This document shows positions 1 through 11,388 of a stretch of DNA of 39,729 bases, one piece after another. The number at the start of each line of letters is the position of its first letter. The stretch's first letter is position 1. Position numbers and translations under genes: made by a program. The notes under the pieces were generated by a model. That model made no database searches. It was given only the letters and a program-made list of their open reading frames with translations, and was not told the origin of the DNA. This DNA is from Craspedostauros australis (lineage: Eukaryota), in contig JALAGF010002920.1 of assembly GCA_030167865.1 (NCBI GenBank), positions 1 through 39,729 on the forward strand. Reading direction: 5' to 3'.

Positions 1-96
1 ACAGCGAGTGCGCATGGCATTGGCGAGGAAAGTTGTGAAATGGAGCGAAAGAGTGGCGATGATTTCCGAAGTTGTGAGCGGATGACGATGATGTTG

Positions 97-163
97 GATG
101 TGTGATGTGTTTTGTGTGATGTGTTTTGTGTTTTGTGTGATGTGTTTTGTGTCATGTGTGTTG
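97..163. repeat. Degenerate TG-rich simple repeat (TGTGATGTGTTT-like units)
   Basis: Reads gatgtgtgatgtgttttgtgtgatgtgttttgtgttttgtgtgatgtgttttgtgtcatgtgtgttg. On the minus strand it is a CA-rich tract, possibly the 5' leader of a gene leaving the window to the left. Confidence 0.7.
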
Positions 164-672
164 TGACGAGCAAAATGCGAGATCATGTCGCAGATGCTAA
201 CGTGTATTTAACGCGTACCAAACGAACGACAATCCCGGCGCCTATTCCATGACTGGGTGACATACGATAAATGCATGAGAACATAATCGAACTTTCTGCG
301 AAACAACTAGGAATTTTACGGGGATCGACCCATACGACTTCCCAAAACCTTTGAATATGCATAAAACTTAAAATAGGATCTAACTAAAAAATCCATCGGT
401 TAATTATTTGTATTAGACCTGCAAGGATTACGAATATGTGCTTGGTTGGGATATCCAAGATAAAGTTTATAGACGCCAATAACGGAGTGCAGGTCGACTC
501 ACTGATCGGGCTCCTATTCTCCCCCGAGGTGCAATCCACAACCATGCATGCACGACCACCAGTGCCACATGACATTCATTTCCAATTCCACCTCAACGAA
601 TTCCACCAACACCTCAGTCCTCCCAGGCACAGATCGCAGCAGAGCAGAGCAGACCAGAGGCGTGACGAGAGA

Positions 673-1389
673 ATGCCACGACAATCCGGACTGGCAGATA
701 GAGAGCCATGCCCATGGCGCATCGTGGATGACGTGGGTGGCGCGTTCTGCATGGGCAACATCGGCGGCGGCATCTGGCACGCCATCAAGGGAGCCCGCTT
801 GGCTCCGAGCGGCGCGCGGCTGAACGGTTCCTTCAGCGCCGTGCAAGCCAGAGCGCCGGTGCTGGGTGGACAGTTCGCGATATGGGGCGGCCTCTTCGCG
901 TGCTGCGATTGCTCGTTGACAGCGATCCGGCAGAAGGAGGATCCGTGGAACTCCATCGTCAGCGGCGCCGCGACGGGCGGTGTTCTTGCAGGCCGTGCGG
1001 GTCCACGTGCGATGGCGAGCGCAGCCTTGGTGGGAGGAGTGCTGCTGGCATTGATCGAAGGCATGGGCATCATGATGACGCGCATGATGGCACCGCCGTC
1101 GGCAGATGACATGCTGGCGGCGCAGCAGATGGATCCGACCGCGCCTCCGACGGCGGGTGGTCTCTTTCCTTCGTCTGCGGGCAGTGCTCGTGCGCCAGGG
1201 TTGCCGCCACCCAGTGCACCATCCTCGCCACCGCCTTCCACTTCAGCTCCACAAACGCCGTCGTCGCCGGGTGGATTCGATCCGTATGCGACTGAGACCA
1301 CATTCTCCACGGAAGGATCATCATCAAGCACTTCGCAGCAACAGCAACAACAAACGGGATCATCATGGTGGCCGTTTGGATCAAGCTAG
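673..1389 (+). CDS. TIM17: Mitochondrial inner membrane translocase subunit Tim17 (238 aa, intronless)
   Basis: Motifs [49 protein letters not shown] and [10 protein letters not shown] are diagnostic of Tim17. ATG 673 was chosen because the ORF upstream of it (436-672) shows no homology. The C-tail is Pro/Ser-rich. Confidence 0.95.
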   Translation: MPRQSGLADREPCPWRIVDDVGGAFCMGNIGGGIWHAIKGARLAPSGARLNGSFSAVQARAPVLGGQFAIWGGLFACCDCSLTAIRQKEDPWNSIVSGAATGGVLAGRAGPRAMASAALVGGVLLALIEGMGIMMTRMMAPPSADDMLAAQQMDPTAPPTAGGLFPSSAGSARAPGLPPPSAPSSPPPSTSAPQTPSSPGGFDPYATETTFSTEGSSSSTSQQQQQQTGSSWWPFGSS

Positions 1390-1588
1390 TGCTGTGCCTG
1401 TCCTCGTTGTGGCCCTCCATAGGTACAGCTTCAAATTGTCTGCGGAGAGAGGACGGCAGTAGATGCAATATAGCCGAGCACTCCATTATATTCTCTGCGA
1501 ACAGAGTAATCCATCCTGTACGAATGCGCATGTACCATAAACATTCGAGGTTATCGACCATTTTGTTTGTTTATTTATTTTTGTTTGT

Positions 1589-4500
1589 TCATTTCTTGAT
1601 ATTGGAGACGTCCGTGGGCGTGATCCCATCCTTGTCTTTCCTCGTCGCCGTAACACCGGCGGCTTCCAGGATCTGAACCATGACAGGGCGGTTGAATTCG
1701 TGTGCCCACCACATCGGGCCACGTCCGTCCTCAGCGCGGATGTGCGCGGTTTCAGGATACGACAGGATTGTCTGGGCGAATTGCTCCACTTGGCCGTTGG
1801 AGATCATCTGGAACATGGCGCTGGTCATCTCCGAGTTCTCCCACTTGGCGTTGAGCTCCTCGATCTTTTGTTCATTCGCGAATCGCGGCACGTCGATCTT
1901 CATGTGCTCCTTGCCATCCACGAGGGTGCGCTCGACCTTCTTCTTGGCCTCGGCCTTGCGCGAGTTATCCTGTGACTGTCGAGACTTCTTGGGCTTGTTC
2001 AAGTTCTCGAAGTACTGCTGCTGGTACTCGGAGTCACCGCCAGCGGTTCCCTTGTTAAAGTCCTCCAACTGCACGAAGTCACGCTTCTGGTTCAGAACTT
2101 TCTGCAGCGCTGGTGGGTACTGGCCTGGACAGTACCACGATCCGGGCGCGTCGCACTTGCGATTGTCCAGCACCCACTGCTTGGATTCTTGCGAGACCTT
2201 GAGCACCTTGAAGATGCGGACCTTGCCGTACTTGGAGCGGAACACCTCGCGGAAGCGTTGTGGGTCAGCTTTCACGTTGGGTGCGATTCCATGGCTGTGC
2301 AAGGTATACAGCAGAGACTGGCGCAAAGGTGGGCTTGGTTGTCCACGCGCGATGAAACCGAAACCGCGGCAGGTTGGTTCGTGGCAGAGACCGTGGTAGA
2401 CGGAGTTGGCGATGCGTCGCAAATGCGGGCTCTTCGCCAAGTCATCACCGCCGCCGCCCGCCCAGACGAGGACGTAATCGGCCATGTGGCGGGCGATGCG
2501 GTGACCTTCCTTTTCGGAGCTGGTCAGTGCACGTCCAAGCAGCGCGATGTGTTCGTGGTTCCAGGTGTTACCATCGGCAATGGTGGTGCGGTTGGCGATG
2601 CCGGTGATTTGGTATCCGTAATCCCACCATGCCATGACGCGGGCGTCCTCTGGCGTGTTCCTATTGAGCCACAGGTAAGCCTCGCGATAGTCGTCCACGA
2701 TGACGTCCTCGCCTGTCCTGGAGTTGCGGCCCTTGACGATGATCGTCGGGTGGCTGAGCTGGGTTGCCATCTTGTGGCAGATTTTGTGGAACTCTTGAGC
2801 CACGGGGTAGGCATTCATCAGCAAGAAGGCAGCGATCACCAACCGGATGATGCGGCTCCAAATTGGATCACCCCAATCGATTGTGGCCTTTGGCTTCTCC
2901 GAGTCTGCGTCGTTTTCTTCCGATGCTGCGCCTCCGGTTTTGGAATCACCACGCGCTTTGTCCGACTTGCTGCCCTTCTTCTTCGATGGATCAGCGCTGT
3001 CCGCTTCGTCGCCAGAATTCTCGCTCAGGAGATGGTGGATGGAGGGGCGGTCGTCATCACCGAAGATAGAGCTTGCCATCCATGACCAGACGAAACCGCA
3101 TGCGATGCCTGCGCAAATACTGGCGATTGGTCCCGTCAAGAGGACCAGTCGGTTCATCTTGTTGGAGAAGTAGTACGTGGTCAATCCGTACAGGATCAGG
3201 AAGGAGCTGGAGGGAGTGCAACCGATGAAGGCCACGATGGCGAATCCGTACGGAGCCAAGGTTCGGACGATGTTGAGGTACTGGTAGTAGGCCTCCGGCG
3301 ACGCGGCCTGATGCTCGGCGACGCTGTCCACCAAGGGGTTGCCTGTCTTGGTGTGCTTCACGAAGAGGCCACGGACGCGCGAGGAGAGCGGTCCAAAGAA
3401 TCCGGTCGAGTAGAGGTAGAAGACGATGGGCGATGCCGCCACGGCGCAGCCGACGAGGACGGCGAGGCGGAAATTCCAGCGATCCGCCCAGCTCTTGGGC
3501 TCCGGTCGGCGCTTCTCCAGCGTGAAGAGGAGCTGCAGGACCTGGATGCCGGCAAAGACGAAGAATGGCCCCAGCTGCTCCAGGGACTTGACCGGCTGCC
3601 AGTTGACGACCGGGAGCTGCATTGCCAGGATGGTGCCAATGGCGTAGAAGATGCTGTAGCAGGTGTAGATCTTGTTCCACGACTGTGTCTTTCGGAAGAA
3701 GACGAGGAAGGCGGCGTGGAGGCCGACGAGGTTGATGACGAAGATGTAGCCACCCCACGAGGCGACCATGTAGAAGTAGGCCACGCCAGCCATGGCGGAC
3801 ACGATGATGGTGGGCAGGCCCTCAGGGACCCACAACGCGGCCGTCCAGGACAGGAACGTGAGCTGCATGGCTGTGGTGGCAACGCTCTCGTTGTCATACC
3901 CGCCTCCGATGGATCGCGTGAGGTGGGCCGGCACGATGGCCATGAAGAAGGCGGTGAAGACCGCGGATTCCAACGCCGGCGGGTTCTTGTGGAACGGCGT
4001 CAGGCCCAGAGTGGTGCCCAACGTCGCCTTGATCTGCTTCTGGACGAATTGCAGGGTCGGGATGAGGGCCTTGTCGGTGACGTAGCTGACCACGGGGATG
4101 TCCTGCAGCACGGAGCGTCGCTTGGGGTCGGTGGACGCGATGGATTGCACACAGACGTAGCAGAGCAGGGCCGTTGCGAAGGTGGCGAGCGAGCCGAACC
4201 ACGCAGGGACGAAGCAGCAGATGTCGTTGATGGACCAATCCGGCAGGAGGAACATCTTGATCCACATGCTGGTGAACTGCATGCCAGGGTAGATGGTGGT
4301 GCCCACAGGACGGCCGAGGGGGTACCAGGACTGGTAGTCGAACCATTGGAAGAACTTCATCGTGCCGTGCTGCCACAGGTACTCGGCGGCGCGGTAGTTG
4401 AAGTAGGGGTCGAATTCGTGGATGATCCTGCCGTACTCGTTGATGGCGTACATGCGGATGCTGAAGGCCTCCTGGAGGCACCACATGAAGGCCTGCAGCG

Positions 4501-4684
4501 CAGCGACGATGTAGAGACCGGAGACGATCTGCCCGAAGATGGTGGACGTCCAGAGGCTGCGTTTGGGCTCTTCGACCTCCTTTGCTTTGCCTGGTTGCTG
4601 CTGCTGCTTCTGATCCTTGGGGTCATTGCTGCCGCTGCCCTTGCCCCTGCCTTTGCCCTTGGCAGCCTTGCCGGAGGATGCCAT
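1589..4684 (-). CDS. STT3: Oligosaccharyltransferase catalytic subunit STT3, kinetoplastid/protist-like, with C-terminal ankyrin-like extension (1031 aa)
   Basis: Contains IIHEFDPYFNYR, WYPLGR..GTTIYPG, GYDNE, SVAEHQ, WWDYGYQI, DGNTWNHEHIA and DDLAKSPH motifs, plus many transmembrane segments. Confidence 0.96.
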   Translation of the reverse strand: MASSGKAAKGKGRGKGSGSNDPKDQKQQQQPGKAKEVEEPKRSLWTSTIFGQIVSGLYIVAALQAFMWCLQEAFSIRMYAINEYGRIIHEFDPYFNYRAAEYLWQHGTMKFFQWFDYQSWYPLGRPVGTTIYPGMQFTSMWIKMFLLPDWSINDICCFVPAWFGSLATFATALLCYVCVQSIASTDPKRRSVLQDIPVVSYVTDKALIPTLQFVQKQIKATLGTTLGLTPFHKNPPALESAVFTAFFMAIVPAHLTRSIGGGYDNESVATTAMQLTFLSWTAALWVPEGLPTIIVSAMAGVAYFYMVASWGGYIFVINLVGLHAAFLVFFRKTQSWNKIYTCYSIFYAIGTILAMQLPVVNWQPVKSLEQLGPFFVFAGIQVLQLLFTLEKRRPEPKSWADRWNFRLAVLVGCAVAASPIVFYLYSTGFFGPLSSRVRGLFVKHTKTGNPLVDSVAEHQAASPEAYYQYLNIVRTLAPYGFAIVAFIGCTPSSSFLILYGLTTYYFSNKMNRLVLLTGPIASICAGIACGFVWSWMASSIFGDDDRPSIHHLLSENSGDEADSADPSKKKGSKSDKARGDSKTGGAASEENDADSEKPKATIDWGDPIWSRIIRLVIAAFLLMNAYPVAQEFHKICHKMATQLSHPTIIVKGRNSRTGEDVIVDDYREAYLWLNRNTPEDARVMAWWDYGYQITGIANRTTIADGNTWNHEHIALLGRALTSSEKEGHRIARHMADYVLVWAGGGGDDLAKSPHLRRIANSVYHGLCHEPTCRGFGFIARGQPSPPLRQSLLYTLHSHGIAPNVKADPQRFREVFRSKYGKVRIFKVLKVSQESKQWVLDNRKCDAPGSWYCPGQYPPALQKVLNQKRDFVQLEDFNKGTAGGDSEYQQQYFENLNKPKKSRQSQDNSRKAEAKKKVERTLVDGKEHMKIDVPRFANEQKIEELNAKWENSEMTSAMFQMISNGQVEQFAQTILSYPETAHIRAEDGRGPMWWAHEFNRPVMVQILEAAGVTATRKDKDGITPTDVSNIKK

Positions 4685-6213
4685 GGTTGGCCGTTGCGTG
4701 CAGCTTGCTGATACAAGTAGTCCTTTGCAAGTGTTGCAGTCCCGAGAGCAGAGCCGAGTGCCTTGCCGCCTGCCTGTGGTGCGTATGCGATTGCGTGCGA
4801 GCTAACCGATGGCACGTCAAGTCAATCCTCGTGATTCCCCAATCCAAGTGTCCTGAATGGCGGTGGCAATGGATCTATTTCCTCCCTCTGTGTTGCTGCG
4901 TTCGCTCGTTCCTTCGCTCGTCCGTCGTTGCTCACTCACAAGAGAAAACCAATGCTCGAAGAGATCAGGATCGAACAGGATTCTTGGCCTTCTGCGGATG
5001 CCCCCTCACGATGACGATCTGTGCTAACGCGCCTTGAACGAGCACGACCTACACGTACGAGCTGTGTGTTTGTATGGTATTGTAATACTATCGATGATAG
5101 ACTCCACCTACTCTGTGCCGAGACTGCGCTTTTGTGTCGGTTTGGTTTGGATACAGATGAAAAATGGAAGCGGACCGTTGTGGTCGTCCGGCCCTCTCCG
5201 AAGTCGTGCTCTCCTCTCTTTGGATGAAATGCGGTGTGGTGGTCATTCTTGGCGGCGCACGACAGGCGTTACGTGTGCTTGCGTACACAACGCCAATAAT
5301 TGCAATCCTCTGTGCGGTTTTCCCATTTCCGGGTGACGCGAAGTCCCAGCCAACGCGCAAAGCCACAAGGAAAAGTTCGCTTCCCTCATTCTCTATTCGT
5401 CCGAGTCGTGCCTTGAAAGATACAGATGTGATCGTGTGGATCGCAGAACCCGAACATGACTCGATTGGAAGGATCGCCACGTTCGTTCGTTGCGGTTCTC
5501 TTCACGGTGTTGCCATGGCGCCGCCATGGTGATGGAGGTGGAGTTCATACACCCATCATGTCCACGCCATGGATCATCGCCGTACCACACGAATACGATC
5601 TGCACTCCGTCTTCAGGTTGTGACAAGAGGGACGAGGTCAAGGACACAACCACAGCCACAACCACAAGCACACACCTTTGGGCCGGAGCATGGACAAGAA
5701 TGGAATTGATCGAAGCTGACAGCAACAACTCCGACACGAACAACGTGGAGCATCATGTGAGGGACTTCTTCGTGGGTTTCACACGTTGTTCATGTGGAAG
5801 CAGTCAGTGTCAATGATCACATCCGCTGGCTTGACATCTTCCTCTTCCGCGGCGTGCCAGTATCATAAAATCAGCGACTTACATGCAATAGGACGCACGT
5901 CACTTCGAAGAGGAACCCAACGCCAATCCAGACGAAATCTCATCCAACGCATCTCAACATCATCAAAGCTGAGCAGAGTGGAGAGCAAGACCAGTGGCGT
6001 ACGTACGTAGATCAAGCCGCCAGCCTGGACAGTTCAAACCACATCCCTCACACGCGTCACGCACATCACAGCGCATCGCATCAACAGGAACCATACGTAC
6101 TATACAAATACTCTTCGTGCTGATTTTGACAGTCGAACCACTCCCCTTCAGCAAAAACGGTTCTCTCGCAGTGCATCACCGACTTCCATCGCTCTGAGGG
6201 CAATATCAAAGGC

Positions 6214-8037
6214 ATGTCCGGCCAGACAGTGCTTCATATTGCCTGCCAACATGAAAGCGGAGAGATGGCGAAGTATTTGTTGGGGTCTGGTCGACTCCGT
6301 CTTATCATGGAGAATGATGAAGGCGCCACCTTGGTGCATTACGCATGCAAAAGCAAACAAGCCGATTTGCTGGAGTGCTTGGTACAATCCGACCATGTCG
6401 ATGTTGACGCCTACATCAACAAACAGAATAAGCATGGCGAAACGCCTCTGCATAACGCATGTGCCATCGGCGGCATCGATGTAGTAAGATACATGATGGA
6501 ATCGGATGAGATCGGCGTCGATATCAACGTCAACGTTCGAAGCAAAATCGGAAACACTCCACTCCATGATGCCTGTCAAGGAGGGGAAAAGGAGATTATC
6601 GCGTACTTGTTGGAGTTAGATGAACTCGATGCCAGTCCTGAGGTGATATCACCAAATCGAGCCGGTAACTCATTGCTACATCTTGTGTGCAATTTTGGCA
6701 CAAGAGATGCGGTTTCGTGTCTGATGGAGTCTCATCGCATCGATATCAATAGCATTCTTGGTATTGATGATCATGGCAACGGCACCATGCAAAACAACCA
6801 AGGAGATACGCCACTTCACATCATCCTGAGGTCTTGGATGGAGGCGGATGCGGTTGAGTTTCTGATAAACCATGATCGTACCTCCACCAGCATCCAGCTT
6901 CGCACCCAGAACAACCGAGGAGATACACCGTTCCACCTTGCGTGCTATCAACCATCATCATCTGAGCGCATATTTCGGTTGTTGATGGAGTTCAACCAGC
7001 TCAACAGCAACGTCAACACCGACATCGGCAGCAACAGCGACATCAACAACATCAATGCAAACATCTGCATCGACGACATCTTCAACATCCAAAACAACCA
7101 CGGGGATACACCACTCCATATCGCCTGCTTGAAAGGAGGCGAAGACTTTATCGAGGAATTCCTGCAGTCACGCAAGGCCGATGCCAGCCTTAACATCCAA
7201 AACAATGACGGCGACACGCCCCTTCACATTGCCTTCAACGAGAGAATGTTCTTCACCTTCAACCACGCCGTCAGACTTCGTCACGTCTTCGACTTCATCC
7301 AACAGCAGATCATTCCCACAACCAACCTCGCTAATCTCTTCGTTCAACAAGACAACCATCATGATATTGGTGATAATGATGTGAGCATCATCCAACGGCT
7401 GATGGAGAATGCCACATCAATCGCAAACATTCAGAATCATGATGGGACCACGCCCCTCCATCATGCGTGCCAGAATGGTGATGTTTCCGTCGTTCGGGAT
7501 CTGATCGGATGTGACTCAGTGGATGCCACATTGCGAAACAGCAGCGGCGATACAGCATTGCACTGTATTTGCAAAGGAGCAGGTAGAAACGCAGACGAGG
7601 CTGAGAACGAGGATGAGAGTGATGATGAGAGTGATGATGGTAAGATGCGAGCGGAGATGATGAAGGCGCTTGTTGAATCGAAGAACGTGAAAGTAGATGT
7701 GAGCATGACGAACGATGAAGGTGATACAGCGCTACACTGTGCGGTGAAAGACAATTGCTTGGAGGTGGCGGAGTATCTGATGGAGTTGGATACGATCAAT
7801 CCGTATACGCGGAACAAGAGTGGTGATACGCCGTTGCGGTGTGCACAGGTCGAAGATCGCGATGGGAGGATGGTGGCATTGTTAGAGTCGAAGATGGATG
7901 ATGACGTCAACGTGTCCAACGACAACAACGACGATGATGATGGCGAAGCCGGGAAAGCTAGAACTACGAAAGCGGAGGCGTTGAGCAGGAAGAGGCGGTT
8001 TGGGGACGCAGTGGATAGTAGTGTCCACAAGAAGTAA
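6214..8037 (+). CDS. Ankyrin-repeat protein (about 12 repeats); the true start may lie upstream
   Basis: Repeated G(D/E/N)TPLH(I/D/N)AC and GDTALH units. The frame is open back to 6133, which follows ttttgacAG. A GTACGT donor at 5999 would join it in frame to an exon starting around ATG 5792 (putative intron 5999-6132). Confidence 0.9.
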   Translation: MSGQTVLHIACQHESGEMAKYLLGSGRLRLIMENDEGATLVHYACKSKQADLLECLVQSDHVDVDAYINKQNKHGETPLHNACAIGGIDVVRYMMESDEIGVDINVNVRSKIGNTPLHDACQGGEKEIIAYLLELDELDASPEVISPNRAGNSLLHLVCNFGTRDAVSCLMESHRIDINSILGIDDHGNGTMQNNQGDTPLHIILRSWMEADAVEFLINHDRTSTSIQLRTQNNRGDTPFHLACYQPSSSERIFRLLMEFNQLNSNVNTDIGSNSDINNINANICIDDIFNIQNNHGDTPLHIACLKGGEDFIEEFLQSRKADASLNIQNNDGDTPLHIAFNERMFFTFNHAVRLRHVFDFIQQQIIPTTNLANLFVQQDNHHDIGDNDVSIIQRLMENATSIANIQNHDGTTPLHHACQNGDVSVVRDLIGCDSVDATLRNSSGDTALHCICKGAGRNADEAENEDESDDESDDGKMRAEMMKALVESKNVKVDVSMTNDEGDTALHCAVKDNCLEVAEYLMELDTINPYTRNKSGDTPLRCAQVEDRDGRMVALLESKMDDDVNVSNDNNDDDDGEAGKARTTKAEALSRKRRFGDAVDSSVHKK

Positions 8038-8193
8038 AGACAATGACAGATACAGCGTGCGTGTGCTGGCACGGTGGGAGAAATCCCATCGGAGTAATCG
8101 TACTTCAATCGTACTTCATCTAATATACCGTACATATGCAGTTCATTTAACAAGAGTCATTCATCGTTGTTGTCGTGATCGTCGCCTCCGCCA

Positions 8194-10440
8194 TCATATG
8201 TCGAGGATTCTGGTGTGATTCATTTGCTTCATCCGCGTCACCTCCTGTCGCAGCTTCATGTTCTCTCGCTCTAACACTGTCTGCCTTTGTTCCAGGGCTT
8301 CCAGTATTTTGGACACCTCCTCCAGCAGCTGGTCCTTCTCTTTCAGCTGGGCTTGCAAGAAGGTGGAATCCGCCTTGCTGAGGTTGGTCGTCGCCTCCTG
8401 CTCGATCAGCTGTTGCCGCAACGTCTGGACCTCTTCGCTCTCCACGCCATCGCCTGTTCCAGCCTTGGCGGCCTCGGCATCGAACTTGTTTTGCAACGCC
8501 ATGGGCGTGGCGTCTGCATCGGTGCGTTGATGGCCGTTGGCTCCGTTCGTTGGCGTTCCTGCTGTCGCGGGACCGTTGGAGGCAACTCCGCGCCTCTGCA
8601 GCACAGTGCCCAGCAAACCACGGATGCGATTGAGCTCCTTCGACAGTTCGTCGTCCTTTTGCGATGGTGTGGTGGTCTGCGGTACATCTCCGTCGGCCAG
8701 TAGATCATCCAGGAGGTCGTCACTCTTCTCTTCCACGCGTTTGCCTCCGCTGGTCCCAAGACCACCATTTGGATCATGTCCACTGGCGTTGTGGTTTCTC
8801 TCGCTATCATCATTGGCCAGCAGATTGATGTCGCTATCCATGCGCTGAGGCAATCTCGTCTTGGAGCCGTTAGCGTCGGCCGCGTCGCCCAAGGCACCTG
8901 GCCTCGATTTCAAGATCAACCGCTCCATGCTCTTGATGGCCTCCACCAGCTCCGATATCTCACCCGTCGCCTCGAGTTCTGCATCTCTGAGGTTGTCCGA
9001 TGCTACCGATGATACCGACGATGACGCATTGGCGCGCTCTTCCAACAGCTTCTGCTGTTCCTTGGCCTCCATCAGCTGATGCTTCAGATCGTCGATCTCT
9101 TCGCGGTAGGTTTGCAGGAGCGTCTTGTCATCGGCAGTCACGTTGATGACGGCCTTCTGCTTGATCCTCTTGGCTCTCGTCGCGAATTTGAAGGTGTTGT
9201 GAGACTCCTCCAAGTGCGAAGCGACGGGATGGATGCAGCACAGCAGCACCATGCGAGCATTGCCGGACAGGCTGGGTTGCAGCAACCGCGTGAGCTTGGA
9301 GTCACGGTAGGGGATATGCCCCTTCGCTCCGTCGCTGAGGCTCAGCACCACCTGCCCCAACGTCATCAGCGATTTGTTGATGTACTGCCCCTCCTCGCGA
9401 CGTGCCGTGCCGTTCAAGCGGACCGACTCGCTGCCCGCCAGATCCACCATCGTCAGCGACGACACCCTCGATGCCGAACCTGCCGAGTGGCTCTCGATCC
9501 ACAGCCGCACCAGGGTGTGGCTGCGGCTGGAATGCTGATTCATGCTCGTGGCGCTGACCTGCCGACGTGCCTCGCCCTCCTTGAGAAGACGAAAGACCTG
9601 GCTGGGCTCCGTCACGACCTCCTCCTTGAGGCCGCGGATGATGAGCCCGTCCGTCTTGTTCTCAAACAGACGGATGGGCTGAGGTGTGGACGCCAGAAGA
9701 TCGCGGATGTGCTCCTTGTAGACCTCAAGGTAGCTCAGACGGATGAGGTACTCCCTTTGCTCCGAGATCTCGTTGAGGTACCGGAAGCAGTCGTTGATGG
9801 AGAGGGGGATGAGGCCGGGCGATTCGGTGGTGCCGGACATGGTGAACGTCTTTCCCGTCGATGTCTGGCCGTAGCTGAGAATGGAGCTGTGGTATCCCTC
9901 CATGGCGTCCTTGATGAGCTGGTGGATGGTGTTGTCGTAGATGTCACGCGTCGTGGAGGTCGGGCCGTACACCCTGTCGAGCGTGTAGGCGTGTGTGCGT
10001 CCCTGAATGAGGTTGCTCTTGGACGATTGCGAAGCGGTGTCACCTTCCGCGTTGACGTCCCACGCCACAAAGTCATTGCTGGCCGCCGATGCTGACGAGG
10101 AGCTCTTCGACTTGTCTCCTTTCGATGGCAGAGGCGCCTTGCGCGTGACCCTCTTGAAGAAGCTCGGCTTGGATGGCGTGGGGGCCTTGAGGCCGGACGG
10201 AGGTTGGAGGCTGCGCTCCGGCTTGGCGCTGCTTTTGTTCTCAAAGAAGCCCTGGCGTTGCACCTTGACGGCCATCGGGCGGATGCGGGCGCAGACCGCG
10301 ATGTGCGCCTTGCCGTCATCTTCAGCGACCGAGCTGCTGGCGTCGCTGTGCAGAGAGCCGCTTCTGCTGTTCCTGCTCAGCCGGCTGCTGGTGACGGACG
10401 AAGCCGACGATGAGCTCTTGCTCTTCCTGCCCCAACCCAT
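8194..10440 (-). CDS. Kinesin motor protein, kinesin-7/CENP-E-like (748 aa from the first ATG)
   Basis: P-loop GQTSTGKT, switch I NQHSSRSH, switch II DLAGSE and HIPYRDSKLTRLLQPSLSGNA, followed by C-terminal coiled coils. The ORF-track start at 10497 is a TTG; the first ATG is at 10440. Confidence 0.93.
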   Translation of the reverse strand: MGWGRKSKSSSSASSVTSSRLSRNSRSGSLHSDASSSVAEDDGKAHIAVCARIRPMAVKVQRQGFFENKSSAKPERSLQPPSGLKAPTPSKPSFFKRVTRKAPLPSKGDKSKSSSSASAASNDFVAWDVNAEGDTASQSSKSNLIQGRTHAYTLDRVYGPTSTTRDIYDNTIHQLIKDAMEGYHSSILSYGQTSTGKTFTMSGTTESPGLIPLSINDCFRYLNEISEQREYLIRLSYLEVYKEHIRDLLASTPQPIRLFENKTDGLIIRGLKEEVVTEPSQVFRLLKEGEARRQVSATSMNQHSSRSHTLVRLWIESHSAGSASRVSSLTMVDLAGSESVRLNGTARREEGQYINKSLMTLGQVVLSLSDGAKGHIPYRDSKLTRLLQPSLSGNARMVLLCCIHPVASHLEESHNTFKFATRAKRIKQKAVINVTADDKTLLQTYREEIDDLKHQLMEAKEQQKLLEERANASSSVSSVASDNLRDAELEATGEISELVEAIKSMERLILKSRPGALGDAADANGSKTRLPQRMDSDINLLANDDSERNHNASGHDPNGGLGTSGGKRVEEKSDDLLDDLLADGDVPQTTTPSQKDDELSKELNRIRGLLGTVLQRRGVASNGPATAGTPTNGANGHQRTDADATPMALQNKFDAEAAKAGTGDGVESEEVQTLRQQLIEQEATTNLSKADSTFLQAQLKEKDQLLEEVSKILEALEQRQTVLERENMKLRQEVTRMKQMNHTRILDI

Positions 10441-11217
10441 GTTGAATCGACGCGATGCTTTTCGTTTTTGTGTGCGTTCGGGCGATGCTCCGTCCAAGGG
10501 TGGCTCCAGAGTGTTGGTGCCTGCGACTATGGAGTGGCCAAGTGGCCTGTGGAGTATTTCCTTCGTTCGAGAAAGAGGGCGAACGTATTGGTACGTACAA
10601 TATTATGTTATAGAATAGAATATTGTAGAATACAATACTTGGCTCTTCTCCTCAGATCGAGCCACTCCTACTGGGCTTCACTTGTGTGAGAGTACCCAAC
10701 TCCAGCAGTCGTCCTCGTATTGTGCAACTCGCAGCGAAGCACTTTGCTGATGTTGGTGTTGCGGAGTTGTATCCAATGAGTGTGGGGAGCTTCGGTACCC
10801 TGCTCGTGTTGGTCGCGTAGTTGTACAATTGTTCCCGTTGTGAAGGTCGCCACCACAACCCGCGGAGGTGCATTGGTGTTTTGTGTCTTTGTTGGTCGAT
10901 GTCTTTTTTGGTTTGCACCCATGCGCAGTACCAACATGAAGGTATCACTGTGTTTAAAGGCGATTGTTCGTGCATTGTTCAAAACACGAATGATACCATG
11001 TGGATCAAAGTTCAAATTTTGGAAAATGGAGAAGCCAGATGCGTGTTTGTGACCAGCCATGTCATGCCAAATTCCATCCAACAGGATGAATCCACATGAG
11101 CCATGTGCTTGCAGATTGGATGTCACATGATGCTTTCGATCACATGCGACTTCGCGACATCGTTCTTTGTAGTAATAGTTGCATGTGCCTGATGGTTGGC
11201 AATGTATTATCCTATTA

Positions 11218-11242
11218 TATGTTATGTTATGTTATGTTATGT
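11218..11242. repeat. (TATGT)n microsatellite
   Basis: tatgttatgttatgttatgttatgt in AT-rich intergenic DNA. Confidence 0.85.
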
Positions 11243-11388
11243 GATGATCATGTTCGAAAATATTGGACGAGTTGAATGTTTCAGTTTGAGTAGGTACCTA
11301 CAATAGATTCGTGGTGCTTCTTCACCTGACCGAGTGGGTCGGCTCGACGAGCTACGACACACAATAATCCACTCTAATCCACTCTACT

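Noticed and set aside
436-672. In-frame N-terminal extension of TIM17
   Set aside because: Non-homologous and starts in AT-rich promoter-like DNA; Tim17 homology begins just after ATG 673.
10650-11130. Several overlapping 90-150 aa ORFs between the kinesin and the hypothetical gene
   Set aside because: No recognisable motifs or coding-like codon usage; probably intergenic.
11320-11370. tgaccgagtgg, similar to a tRNA A-box
   Set aside because: No B-box or cloverleaf follows.
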